From contig RDEW01000011.1 in NCBI GenBank assembly GCA_011109175.1, positions 992,612-1,056,611 of the forward strand: DNA of 64,000 nt, in the 5' to 3' direction. Every line of letters starts with the position of its first letter. Within the stretch, counting starts at the first letter, position 1. Shown here piece by piece: positions 24,226-36,813 of this stretch. The notes below the pieces were generated by a model. The model was not told the DNA's origin and searched no databases. It was given only the letters and a program-made list of their open reading frames with translations. Position numbers and translations under genes: made by a program. This DNA comes from Dicyema japonicum (taxonomy: Eukaryota > Animalia > Dicyemida).

Positions 24226-24684
24226 ATGGTTTTTTCATTAAAAAATAATCTTATATACTCTGGAAATATCAGTATGTTCTATTGTATTCACTGGGGGTGG
24301 TCTCGTGATTTTAAAAACTTGGTCTTTTAATAAATAAAAGAGTAATAATCCAAAAGACTTTGGATATCATCTTTTATAGAAATGAGGCTGAGTCTTTGAG
24401 AAGTAAGCTTAATGAATGAATATAATATATTTATTTTCGTGTAATGCACATAACCCATTGGATTGTTCAAAAAATATAAATATTCTACATAAACAGAATA
24501 AACTAAATAATCATTTTTGCAATTTGAGATATTTAAATTGACAAAAGACATACTTACTTGAGACCAGTTAGCGAATTGTAAGTTTGAGGTGGATACGTAG
24601 CTCACCAAATGTCTACTTAGGTTCCCCGAAGAGGTATAATATATTTATAAGTTGGTAGTAATAAATGACTTTAATATCAAATAA

Positions 24685-25411
24685 TTAAATAAATGAATTT
24701 TCATAGCCAAAGTCAAAGGAGTATTGAGGATTCCTGCAGTAATAAATAATAAGACCAGTTAAGCCATGACTGAATACTATCACTAATATTATGTGAAGTT
24801 TGGTCAAACATTTTGTGAAGTTTAAAGTAAAGTTGACTTAATATTGGCTTATTTAGTGACTGATCAACTGGTTCATTGATCATTACTGATTTATTATTGA
24901 ATTTGGCAAATATATACACTTTATTGACATCTCTAAGACACAAAACAACAGAATACCCAACAAGTGAGTATCCCCCAGGTGGTCGATCAGTTTGAGAGAT
25001 GATTAAGTCAGTGAGGACTGTTTTGGCATTATTGAAGTTCTCGTGTCTGACCATTAATATTTTGTTCTTCAATGCCTTTTCCTTATCTACAATATGGGGG
25101 ATAAGTACTATTGAAAATCATTGAGATTGGAATATAATCACTTGGAGTGTGGGAGTCTTCTTCGAATATGAGGATGTCAGTAATCACACGAGAAGATTGC
25201 TCCTAGTGGATGAATTATTTAATTAAACTCTTGAAAAGCTAATATATCTTTTCTTTTTTTTGAATGTAGTACTCCATCCAATATCCGAGTCTTCCCCAGT
25301 GTGTGATTTAGTAATCTTAATTATATTATAATTTACTGTATTATAATTTGAAGGAATGATGCAATCATCACTCACTATTATTATTGATGATATTGGACTA
25401 CAATCACACAT
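24685..25411 (-). CDS. MVB12: ESCRT-I subunit MVB12 (MABP and UMA domains)
   Basis: Five introns of 21-26 nt give PISSIIIV...GEDSDIG..FKKKKRYISFSR...ITDILI...KALKNKIL...GDVN and a C-terminal YFKLH...YSFDFGYE. This follows the animal FAM125/MVB12 pattern. Confidence 0.82.
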
Positions 25412-25589
25412 TATTATTTAAATTTTAATAATTATTAAGAACAATTATTTTTATTTAGACAACGAAAACATTTATATTAAGTTTTAACTATTAGTGTTGT
25501 CACTCGTGTCGCTTTTAGTTCTGTTGAATCTTAAGTGGCATCAATTTCTTAGGAGACGCCCATTACTTGCTCGGCATTAAAAATCTCTT

Positions 25590-26420
25590 CCTTACTCAAC
25601 TGAAAGGATTCCCACAATAGCGAATATATGAACTGGTCTAGAGCCCTTGGTATATCCATCTGGTAAGTCAGCATATTTTTTTATCGCTTTCATAGCAGCG
25701 AGCTGTTTTTGGATGGTAGATGTTGCCTGTGGCATAGGTGTCCGTGCATGTGACGTCCAAGACCAGAAGCTTCCCAGCTTCAAACGGAAAAAATGGATAT
25801 CCCATCTGGCCAGTTTCAATCATTCCTACATTAGCTGACCGGTTGGAGAAAAAACGGATAATCGGATCATCCATAGCCCGTTTGACGACTTCGTTTAGGA
25901 CCTTGTGTCTAGAGATTTTTCAGGCACTCCCCCTACAGGGGAGTGGGTGTAGACAGAAGCCGTCGATCTGCTCACCACATCTGTGCCGATGAATTTAAGA
26001 CGTAATGAGTCTCCAATTCCAATGGAATCGTCGTCCAGAAACATTCCCAGTTATGTTAACTAATCGCTGAGACAAGGCCAAAGAATGTTCTTAACTTTTT
26101 TGTGTGAGTTCTAGTAAACGATTCGATTCTACAGTGAGGTATTCTCTGACGGCGTCTCATCAAACTCAGAAACATTGCAGATGCATAAAACCTTCAATTG
26201 GAATGTACAGCAGCAAGATTGGAAACCAAAAATCACCATTAAATTAAGGAGACAATTCCTGCTTCTCTCAGCAACCATCGAGTCTTCACTAGGTGTTCTT
26301 CATGGGATTCATACACCTTCTGTAAACTTGTACTACTGGCAAGAGTTCACGTAAGATGAACTGCCCGCCCGTTTTTACTAAGATCTCGAAGGAGGTACGA
26401 TTTATCATGGGGGACTTTTT
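25590..26420 (-). mobile_element. Degenerate CRE fragment
   Basis: PFEAGKLLVLDVTCTDT, HKVLNEVVKRA-like, FCLHPLPC. Confidence 0.75.
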
Positions 26421-26469
26421 GAGAGTTCCGATTACTAAAGAGAAGTTCTTGGTTTTATTTAAGTGTTTT

Positions 26470-27250
26470 TGTTAGGTTTATACTCTAAGCTGATGAATGA
26501 CTTAATGTAGTATATATGAATTTAGCGTTGAAGATGAACAGTTCCTATAGTCCCCTTTATGATGTTGTATTTTTTTGGCAAAAGAACATAATGTTGAAAT
26601 TGTTGCTCAAAAGTCATGAGCGAGTCAAACATAAACCCCAATATTTTTATTACGGTCTTGCAGGATTTTATTTGTCCTCCATTATGAGACACAGTCAATC
26701 TTCAATATGAAATAAAAGTATTATCCACGATTTGTCATTAAATTTGTGTTTTATCATCTTTTTGGGTGATTGTCTGATGGCTTTTTGCACATGTATGTCG
26801 TCTTCAAATTTGGTTAGTAGATCGTATAAAACAGATTAAAAAGTACTTGTGACTAAGGGGATCCTTGTGGCATGCCGTCTGGTAGGAGTTAAAAGACGGA
26901 CTTTGAAGTTGATATCTCCAATGTTTGTCGATACTGAAATTCCAAAGAATTCCACAATAGATGGGAAATTGTCGTAGCTAAGAATCGTCTCGTAATAGAT
27001 ATCTTTGATAAAAGTAATGATTCCTCCGCAACCTGACAGTCGATCTGTACTCTTTCGCTACTCCTTTTTTAAATGGGTTACTAATTCCTTGCAGAAACTT
27101 AGTAAACTTTGACCATTTTTCAAAACTGACTTTCCGGCGGATGTACCATCGCACGTTGGAATAAGCTGAATGGTTTTCTGTTTGAGAGAATTAATATATT
27201 CGATCCTCGAAGTGAAATGACAAATCTCCAGACGGAACAAGCGTATTCGA
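26470..27250 (-). mobile_element. Degenerate RT fragment of the APE-RT family
   Basis: LPDGMPQGSP and LGFMFDSLMTFEQQ. Confidence 0.6.
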
Positions 27251-27309
27251 GTCTACTTTAATTACTTTAGTTAGTTGTTCCGACATCACTAACGTCCAAA
27301 TTTAGATGT

Positions 27310-29460
27310 GGGTCACATCCTCGTGGCAAAATTTGGATGCTATTTCCTTCATTATTATTATATTATTATGTTGCCATCAGACTGCCGACATTATGTGATG
27401 GGTTTGCTATACGCGTGGACGCAGCTGTGGTGGCTCATAGGGGATGGAGTATCAACGACAGGATTGCCATCCTCCAACTACTTCTCGGAAATAACCGTAA
27501 TACTACTCTATTGATTATCAATGTATATGCACCGACCATAGTGAGGGTATCCGCCAACGCAGAGGAACTTGACAATTTCTACTCTTTATCATCGGCTTAC
27601 TCCTCTCTATCCAGCTCCTGCATGCTCTTTATAGCGGGAGACTGGAATTCAAAAGTGGGGAAAAAGCGGGAATAATCAGCTTGCTTGGGCAGCCACGCTC
27701 GAGAGATCAAAAATTTGTCCGGGGAGGCCCTTATACATTTCTGCGAGTCATTTGGACTATTCCTTTGTAACACGGCGTTCCGACATGCAGCATGACATAT
27801 TACGACGTGGACAGGCCAGAGGAGAGACTCCTGTGGAAATCGAGTCCATATATTTAACCAAATCGACTACATACTATGCAGGCAAACACAGAAGGGGCTA
27901 CTCACGGACTCCCGAACGTACAGTGGCATGATGACCTCGAGTGATCACAGACTAGTAGTGGCACGTCTCATTCTAAAGCGACGCTTTGGAATCTCTGGAG
28001 CACTGGCTGGACCTTCGCCATGGAGGCTCTATGTGCTTCCGACAATACCCGTAAAATGTACGGCCAGAAAATATCGAAACTGTTGGAAAATGTCGACACG
28101 AATATGTCACCCGGGCAGCTATGGAAGAATATTTCTATCAGAGTCAGGCAGGCTGCTGGGATGGTACTGGGAAATCGCCCAAGGAGGTTCAAGGGAACTT
28201 TTGACAAAGAAATAGAAGAACTGTCAAAAAACCAAAGGAAACTCCGACTCTTAATCGAGTCGTCAGACTTGACAAGCCAAACTGACTCTCTTAAAAGAGA
28301 AGCAACAGAATCAAATACAAAATAAAGAAAAGAGTGAGGGAACTAGGCCGGCATACACTGGATAACTTGGCAAAAGACGCCGAACGGTACAAACGTGATG
28401 CAAGAATGTTTGCAGCTGTTAAACAATTATCCCGCACCACCAGACCGGAAAAAATCACAATTCTTGATGATACAGAAAAAGTATTAATCAACGGCCAGGA
28501 ATCAGCAAATAAAATTGCTGTTTTCTACAAAAAACGACTAAATCTCAATGAGCACTTGAAACCGTTCGAAGGAACTCCCAGAGACTTGAATCAAAGCATC
28601 ACGCATTACGAAGTCGTTTCAGCTTTGGGTAATCTCAAGAATAGCAGAGCCCCTGGACCGGACAACGTGAATGCAGAATTATTGAAATGCGCGCCAGACA
28701 AGGTGGCTGAGTTAATCTGCATAGTCAAATGTCACAGTCCAATGGATGCGGAGAATGGCACCTTGATCCCAATTCAGAATCCTGGAAAGGAAAGAGGCAA
28801 TCTAAACAGCTTACGCCCGATTACACTAATGGATACGATAAGGAAAATACTCTCCCTTGTTGTGCTGGATCGTATTTCGGGCCCTGTAAATGAGTTCCTG
28901 AACCCAAGTCAAAATGGATTCAGTCCTGGAAGGTCGACGGAAGACGTTGTATGTAGCCACATGTTGATGTGTGCAATTTGCCAGAAACACAAAGAAGAAA
29001 TCTCAATTTTTGGAAGTGACTTATACCATGCATTCGACACTATCAACCGCAAGAAGCTAATGCACGTACTGGAAAGTATTCTAGACGAAAATGCATCACG
29101 TATGATCAGATTTTTACTCTCCAACACATCGCTATCAGTACGCGTAGGAAATTACAATGCAACAAAATTTAAAACCGACACTGGCGCACCACAGGGAGAC
29201 TCGTTATCCCCGGTCCTATTCATAATATACCTGGAAACAGCTCTAAAACCTCTACTGGAAAAGAACTGTTTCACTAACGTGATGGAAGTAATCTACGCCG
29301 ATGATATTGATTTCGTCTGCCGGGATTGGGATAGGCTGGAAACTATACTAAAAGTGATCCCTCAAGGCTTGGAGGACTGGTCCCTGGTAGTAAACCCAGA
29401 CAAAACGGAAAGAACTAGCATATCCCGTTGCACGACGAGAAAAGAGGAAAAGTAAAAGAC
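27310..29460 (+). mobile_element. RTE element, APE (decayed) plus RT, 3'-truncated
   Basis: INVYAPT, AGDWNSKVG, NQIDYI and SDHRLV. The 373-aa ORF carries APGPD, LRPITL, AFDTI, QGDSLSP and YADD. Confidence 0.9.
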
Positions 29461-29611
29461 CCTCTTCAATCTTCCCACGGGGTCTATTTTTCAGAAAATT
29501 CCTGTGGCGGCAATTAATTTATAAAAACAATCATTTAATAAAATTTTAATAATTTATATTTATTCTTTGGTTAACCTAACAATTAAAACGTTGACACTTT
29601 TGAACTAGCTG

Positions 29612-31199
29612 ATGAATCATCTCTCTACCTCACTTGGACGATTTGTTAATGATTTAGTTGAGATTGGTTCGATCAAATTCGGTGATTTCATGTTGGGAAA
29701 CAATGAACCTACTACAGTTTACTTTGATCTTCGATTAATTCCTTCATATCCATCCATTATGGTAATAATATTTCCCAAATCGTAAGAAACGTGTAGTTGA
29801 TTTAATTTCTGCCAAAATAATAAATCATGATCTGAAGTACGACATTATATGTGGGGTACCTTTTGCGGCCATCAGTTTTGCCAGTGTAGTTTGTCTATAA
29901 ATATTGTTGTGCATTTCCGTGGAACTAAACAAGGGGATGATCTTGAAGAGACACTCTATGAAGAAATACGGGACTCAGAAGCTAATAGAGGGACACTGGA
30001 GAAAGGGAATGAAATGTCTCATTATTGAGGATGTGGTTGTCCAAGGGAATTCCATTAAAGATGTCGTTGAGGTTACTATTCCGTAATTACCAAAGGATCT
30101 TCGAAATAACGGAATAATTGTTGAAGATGCCGTCACCATTTTGGATAGAGAAGAAGGGGGAGTCGATTATCTGTGGAATACTTGTAATGTCAGATTACAT
30201 TCGTTTGCATCGTATTAATCCAAGAGTTGTCACATGTCGAGATATTTATAATGTTATAAAAAATGATGAAATGTCCTCTAAATTGTTGGACTTTATCAAT
30301 TTAAAGTGCTGTACTCCTAATATGGTTAGTAATAGTCTATTATTAGAAATTTGAAATACCCCCACGTGGGCAGATTAACAAGGCAGGCTCTGAATTGTGG
30401 AAAATATCTAAGAGAAAGAGGACTAACATAATCCTTGCTGTTGACTTTGATGATGTCGAGCGAATATTATCAGTAATGTGTTTTATCATGTAGATGATTG
30501 ACACGTGTGCTGATTACATTTGTGGCGTTAAATTACATTCTGATGTTGTTGGGGATTTTGACGATCAGTTTGTGGGTAAGATTGTTGAGTTGGCAAACAC
30601 ACGTGATTTTCTGTTGATAGAAGACAGGTAGTTGGTCTTATGATAAGGGAAATTGTGTGATTTGGGTGAGACTGTCTTATCCCAGTACACACGTGGGAAT
30701 GTGTGTATGTCTAATTGGGCACATTTGGTGACAGTTCATGGTATTTTTGGAGATAACATTGTCGAGGAAATCAAAAATGTATAATTAATGATTATTTGAG
30801 GGAATTGGGGAAAATAATGGTTGTCGTGGATGTTTGCTTATTTCAGAGATGAGTTCAAATTCTTCATTTAAATCATCCGCCTATCGAACTAGTATTTGGC
30901 TATTTTATTGTGAGATGTGCTCAAATTAGCTCAAAGACATTCAGATTTTGTTGCTGGTTTTATATGTCAAGAGAGACTCACTGATAATGGACAGTTTATA
31001 AATGTGACTCCTGGTTTGTTTATTAGTGTTATTAGGTGTTCGTTTGGAGACTAATAATGATAGCTTGGATCAGGTTTATAGTAATCCTGTTGAGAATAAT
31101 AGTTTGAGTGACTTTTATGTTGTTGGTCGTGGAATTACAGAGACATCTAATCCATTGGAGTCTGTTATTCATTATAGGGATCATCTTTACCATTATTAA
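29612..31199 (+). CDS. UMPS: Bifunctional UMP synthase (OPRT then ODC)
   Basis: IKFGDF, YFDLR, CGVP, IIEDVV, LDREEGG, KLHSD, EDRKLCDLGET, GCLLISEMSS, VGRGI. Ten introns of 21-25 nt; two lack an in-frame AG acceptor. Confidence 0.92.
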
Positions 31200-31729
31200 T
31201 TACTTTTTAGTTTTGGTGTGTCATTTAAATTTTTGAACTCTATCTAGAGGACCGGTCCTTTATATTAATAACAATGACTACATTTAGGGTCACATGTGAC
31301 TAATACTTTTAAAAATACAGACTGCCGCACAATAATTTAGTATTTTATAAGGTTGGTTGACTGTATATAATATTTTAAAATCATCTAATATTCGTAATTT
31401 AGTCTAGTGTGAAAAATAAACTATTAGTAGCGTATTTTTCCGACAACCAGCATACTCTTACAACATATTATGTGACAATCCGCTGGTGTGACAGCGCCGT
31501 TGGTGTAACGCTTTATAACAGAATACAAAAAAAATATTTTTTAATATTAAGCTCATTAGAAAACGACAAATACATTAAATCCTCATTAATCCGAACCAAA
31601 AAAAATTCGATGCCTTGTGAAGGTAACAAATATACTAATTTAATTGTAATTAATTTTTATGTTTTCATATATCATTTTTTAATGTAACCAGTTTATTGTA
31701 CAAAAGTAATGTTAATAATTTAGTTATAA

Positions 31730-33040
31730 ATATTTTATTTTTATTAGCAAAGACGTCTTTTCTACGAGCAATTTAGTATTTGGGGTTCTCCAAAAATTTC
31801 GGTTCTGAGTAGTCCAAATTACTTGTTCCGTCGTCCTGAGAGTCTTTGTTATCTATTCTCGTATAGATATTATTTATTTCCTTCTTTAGCTCCTTAGTTC
31901 TTTCGACAAAACCCGTTTTATTCCTGTATGAAACAATCATCGACTCTAAAGTTTTACGTATAACCAATGATTAAATATAGGTTCTTTTGCTTATGTTCAG
32001 AGATCTGGAATGTTCCCACGAGTGTGAGGTTACCAATTCATCCCAGGTCAGTACTATTGGGACTTTCGCATGGTGTATTGATTTCAGTTCTTTCGATAAA
32101 AGGTCATACTTTCTCAATTTTTCGAATTCTACTTGTTGGAGATTTTGGGTTGATGTAATACCCACTTCAACCAAAAGTATTTGATTTTTCTTTTTATCGT
32201 AGATAAACAAATCTGGCTTGTTGTGTTCAATGTTTATATCGGTTTTGATGAAAGTATCAACTCTTTTCCTACATATATTCTCATTCCATTTTGATGGCCC
32301 ATTTTTTTTCACTGAAATAATCTGATATGTAGCTTGACCAGCATAAATAAGAGTAGAAATTTGATCCATAGAAATTATAGAGTTCTTTTTAACCCATTGG
32401 CTAATGACACAGTTCAAACACTCCAATAAGTTATTGTCAATCTTGACATAAGGAATCTTTTTGGTTCGGGGTCTCGAGCTTTGTTCAATTTGCTCGGCAA
32501 TTATCAATTGTTCCATAAATGTGCGTCGGCAGTGATCGTAAAATTTAGGATCCAGGGACGGTGAAGACATATCAGGCTTAGAATCTGGGGTAACCTTCGA
32601 ATCAAGTTCATTGCTTGATAATTGTTTGCGTTCCTAGATGTATATCAGTTTTCTGAACTCAGACATTGTTATTTCCTCTCCAAACTTAGTCTTAAACCCC
32701 TCCAAAAGAATAGCCCATCCACCTCTGGGGACACGACCCAGTCTAGAGCGCATGCTTTCAATAACTGAGGTAGCCCATTGTTTTCGACAATCAGCTGTTG
32801 AGGAAGACATTATTGCTCGTAGAACCGGAAATTTCGTGTTGTTTTGCTGAGGACGAATCCTAGAAGCATCCGCGTCGGAAACATGTCGGACAAGCTCGGT
32901 GGCCGTTCGATTTTGGTTTTCTTTACTCAATTCGGCGCAGAAGTCTGCATAATCCGATGAATTTAGATGGTTTTTATCAACATCAACAACAACCATTAAC
33001 CAGCCTTCATATATCATAATAAAAAATGTAACAAATTATT
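31730..33040 (-). mobile_element. R4/Dong-type deletion derivative (N-terminal region fused to RLE, no RT)
   Basis: GRVPRGGW and TKKIPY run in frame into RVDTFIKTDINIEHNKPDLFIYD..VEVGIT..EKLRKYD. One in-frame stop at 32634. Confidence 0.85.
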
Positions 33041-33127
33041 TAAGATCAAAAAATTATGTTTTATTTAATGAAATCATAAATCGTTCTGTCTTTTATTCCT
33101 CTGAATTAGCACTTCTAACTTGTTTGA

Positions 33128-33255
33128 ACAGTCCGACCTCGATTTGGAATGGACCTCGGGGCTGGAACACCTCAGTTTCTGAAACACTTTGTAGGATCTC
33201 TGCCAAAAATACTGAAAACTTCGATTTGGAACTGAATTTATTACTTTTTTTATTC
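33128..33255 (+). mobile_element. Solitary end of the pogo family seen at 50919-51702
   Basis: Near-identical reverse complement of 51575-51702, including the TIR cagtccgacctcgatttggaa. Confidence 0.8.
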
Positions 33256-33299
33256 CTTTTGGTTGAGCTGGTGACGTGGCTCTATTGCACACATGTCTT

Positions 33300-36200
33300 T
33301 TTCGTGCTTTTCTTCGGGATCTTTCACTATCAGCTCGTTCAATGTAAGAGGATTAAAGTCGGATACTTAAAAAAGAAATTACAATGTAACTGTGGCGTGC
33401 TTACAGGAAACGAAAGTAAAAGGCGGACTAGATGAAATCGACAATGATTTCCGCCTGATTCTGCACCTTTCGAATTGCCCACACTACGGCATAGGATTTG
33501 CAATACATAAAAAACTGAACAATCGAATCCACAAGACGTGGAGGGTGAGTGATAGAATATCTGTTTTACAATTAAAATACGGTAAAAAGAACAATTCCAT
33601 AATCTCCATTATTAATGTATATGCACCAACTTCAGTGAGAGTATCAATCAATGGAGACGACAAACTAGACGACTTTTATTCTTCCTTGTCGCAAGTAATG
33701 CATCTTTGGAAACATCGTTCATGATATACATTGCCGGAGATTGGAACGCAAAGGCAGGACGTGGGAGTAGTCACGAGGAATTCATGGGAAGCCATGGAAG
33801 AGGGATCAGGAACCAGTCAGGAGAATCGCTTATCGAATTTTGCAATACATTCAAACCATTTCTATGCAATACTGCTTTCAGGCACTCAGCAAGACATAAG
33901 ACGACATGGAGCTGCTACCGAAAGGACAAATCTGGGACTATCAAGCTTATATATGACCAAATAGATTACATTATCTGCAAACAAGCCTACAAGACACTAC
34001 TAACAGATTCTCGGAGCTACAGTGGGACACTAGTAGATAGTGATCATAGATTGGTTGTGACACGTTTCCTTTTCAAACGATATTTTGGGGTTTCCAAAGC
34101 GGCTGGCATGAGGATATCTGAAGGGAGGTTCGCAGTGGAGCAACTCTGCATGGCGGGACCGACTCGGGAAAGCTATCAAAATACATTGAGAGAAAAGATC
34201 AGACAGTGGAATAAAGAAATAATGCCTGGGGAGCGGTGGCAAGACACCACAATGCAATAAAGTGCGCGGCCCATTCAACAGCTGGAGTAAAATCGAAGCA
34301 TTTCAACGGACACTATGACCACGAGATCGAAGAACTATCCAAAAACCTGTCAGGACCATGCAAAGGAACACACTATAAGAATCATGCGGAACCAAACCCT
34401 GTATAAAATAAAGAAAAGAACGAGGGAAATAAAGGAAAATAAACTTGTTGGAATGGCTAAAAAAGTAGAAAGGCTCAAAAACGGAGCGCAGATGTTCAAG
34501 GCTGTTCACCTACTACATAGAGACACGCAGTCATCAAAAATAACAATACATGATCAGTTTGGAAAGACTAAATTTTATCGGCCATATCCAGCCATTATCA
34601 GCTGGCCTTCAATCAAAACCACGGGGAAAACATCAAACAATTCGATGGTGAAGCACGAGAACTAAATATTCCGATAACGATTCTGGTAACAAAAAAAGCC
34701 CTGGACAAATTAAACAGCAATAGAGCTGCTGGCTCTGACAACATAAATGCAGAACTTCTCAAATCTACACCGACCGAGATCTCTGAACTATTAACTGAGA
34801 TATACAACAAAACATTCAAATATACCATACCTCGAGGGGACCGTCCATATCTTGGACAAATATGAGAAAAATTGAGGAATTGCAAAAGAGGGTTTACAGA
34901 GTAACAGAGAGTTGGATTTTTGAAGATCATCGACCCGGACCTACGCCTCTGGAGGCTCTTATGAGACTAGACTGGACATCACGAGAAGTTGGCCCTGAAA
35001 ATTCAGGCAGCCGTCCTGTACGTTCATGCGCGGGCACGAAGGAAGAACACCGGGCAAAGATGAGGTATCCGTTAAAATGCATCGGGGTTACATGATAATT
35101 AGTTTTGTTTTACCGTGGGCTTGGGTTAAATAAATAAAAATAAAAATACAACTCACCCCTGGATGTGGGTAATGGCACACTAATTGAACTACAAATACCG
35201 GGCAAAGCTAAGGGCCCCTTAACGAATTTAAGACCTATCGTACCATTGATGACTCTATGTAAGACACTATCACTTTTAGTGTTGAATAGGATTGGATCTA
35301 ACATTGAGAACATTCTCTTTCACGGTCAAAACGGATTCAGGTCAGGGAGATCTACAGCTGATGTGGTCTGGGGACATCGATGGCTTTGTGCAACACATCA
35401 AAAGTACAAGGGGGCTACTGGCATCATGGACATGTCCAAAGCCTTTGACTCTATACACAGAGGTTGACTTTTCGATATCTTGGAGAATTTGGTTGACGAG
35501 GACAGTGTCAGAATGATCCGTCTATTACTTGGAACAACACAGTTAAGTGTACGTTTTGGAAATTTAGAGTCTGTCCCATTCGAGACAACATTCGGGGTAC
35601 CGCAGGGAGATTCCTTGTCACCGGTACTTTTTGTGACATATTTGGAGGCGGCACTCAGAGACTTCAGAGTATTAATTAGCGACTTACCTCAAACTGAAGT
35701 GATTTATGCAGATGATATCGACTATATATCCAGCGAAGAGAAAACATTAAACTATATACGGACAAGGATGCCAGATGTGCTAGAAAAATGGTTCATCAAA
35801 ATCAATACGGAAAAGACGGAGACAACGACCATACGCCGTGAATTAACCCGAACTGATGAAAAATGGAGACACTGTAAAAAATTGGGGTCGTTGCTCGGAG
35901 ATGCTGACGATATCACTAACAGGAAAATGGAAAAATGGGAGTAGTCTGGATTCATCGTGAACAAATTAGCACACAACTACGTAAAGACTATACAATGCCT
36001 TCGTGAAACCGGTCCTAATGTACAACACTGCACAAGCAGTAATGGACAAACTAGATGCCTTCCATCGTAAACAACTCCGACTGTTGCTTGACATCAACTG
36101 GCCAAAAAAATTACAAACAAGAATCTATACAAAATATGCAAGACCATTGAGTCTGGATATCCATGAACAAGATGGCGTCTATTCGGTCACATCCATCGGA

Positions 36201-36312
36201 TGAGCCAGTTGACGGCTACTAAAATAGCAATGGAGAACTATTTCTGCCAAGAAGTGAATACCTCGTTCCGTGGAAGACCTCGCATAACTTTGCCAGAGGT
36301 TCTACAAAAGGA
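33300..36312 (+). mobile_element. Near-full RTE element, degenerate
   Basis: APE (CLQETK, INVYAPT, DQIDYI), RT (NLRPI, QGDSLSP, YADD), and GRPRITLP. Confidence 0.9.
34824..35143 (+). mobile_element. 5'-truncated LINE stub (L2/CR1-like) nested in the RTE RT
   Basis: TSD aaatac at 34818-34823 and 35144-35149. (TAAA)n-like tail. RKIEELQKRVYR...LEALMRLDW. Removing it restores TFKY|NSPLDVGNG in frame. Confidence 0.72.
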
Positions 36313-36813
36313 CCTGACTTCAAAAAGGAAGATTGTTATCCCATCTGAGGCAAACGCGTCAGTGCAGGTGACGTCCCAGACAAGAGGTTTCCCGACTTCA
36401 AAAAGGAAGATTGTCATCCCATCTGGTCGTTTCCCGTCCCGCCTGCAAAGACCTACTGGTTCGAGCATGGAGGGGTATCCAGTGGCGTCCAAAGCTCGCC
36501 TAACGACTTCGTTCAAGGCCATGAGCCTGGAAAATCTGCCTGCACTCTTCCTGCAGGATAGAGGGTGTAGGCCAAAACTATTGATCTGGTTTCCACATCG
36601 GCACGGATATGGAACACAGACTTTTAATCTCAGTCTTAATGAGATCCCAATCAGGAAAGGTACTCGACTCATCATCCAGAAAGGTACCCAAAACTCCTTT
36701 GGGAAAGGCGTTGAGCAAAGCACCGCTGTCGGAAGACGCCCCCGACAACAAACAAGCATGGCGATGTTGGCTAGATGACACCAGCAAATCTTCTAAAGAA
36801 TTCCAGCATTTTA
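36313..36813 (-). mobile_element. CRE fragment (RLE region)
   Basis: CWNSLEDLL, CRCG..HPLSC, KRPDG. Close paralogue of 45125-45881 with the same 5' break. Confidence 0.85.

Noticed and set aside
24327-24608. 93-aa minus-strand ORF
   Set aside because: Non-ATG start, no recognisable motif, and no consistent tiny-intron model on either strand.
29886-29909. Stop-codon reassignment (TAA read as an amino acid) to explain UMPS
   Set aside because: Host genes here end in TAA, and the alignment favours removal of all 24 nt.
31245-31300. Palindromes ggaccggtcc and gtcacatgtgac after UMPS
   Set aside because: Short, with no partner repeat or RNA structure. Expected by chance.
36200-36778. 192-aa plus-strand ORF
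   Set aside because: A chimera of the RTE end and the antisense strand of a CRE fragment.
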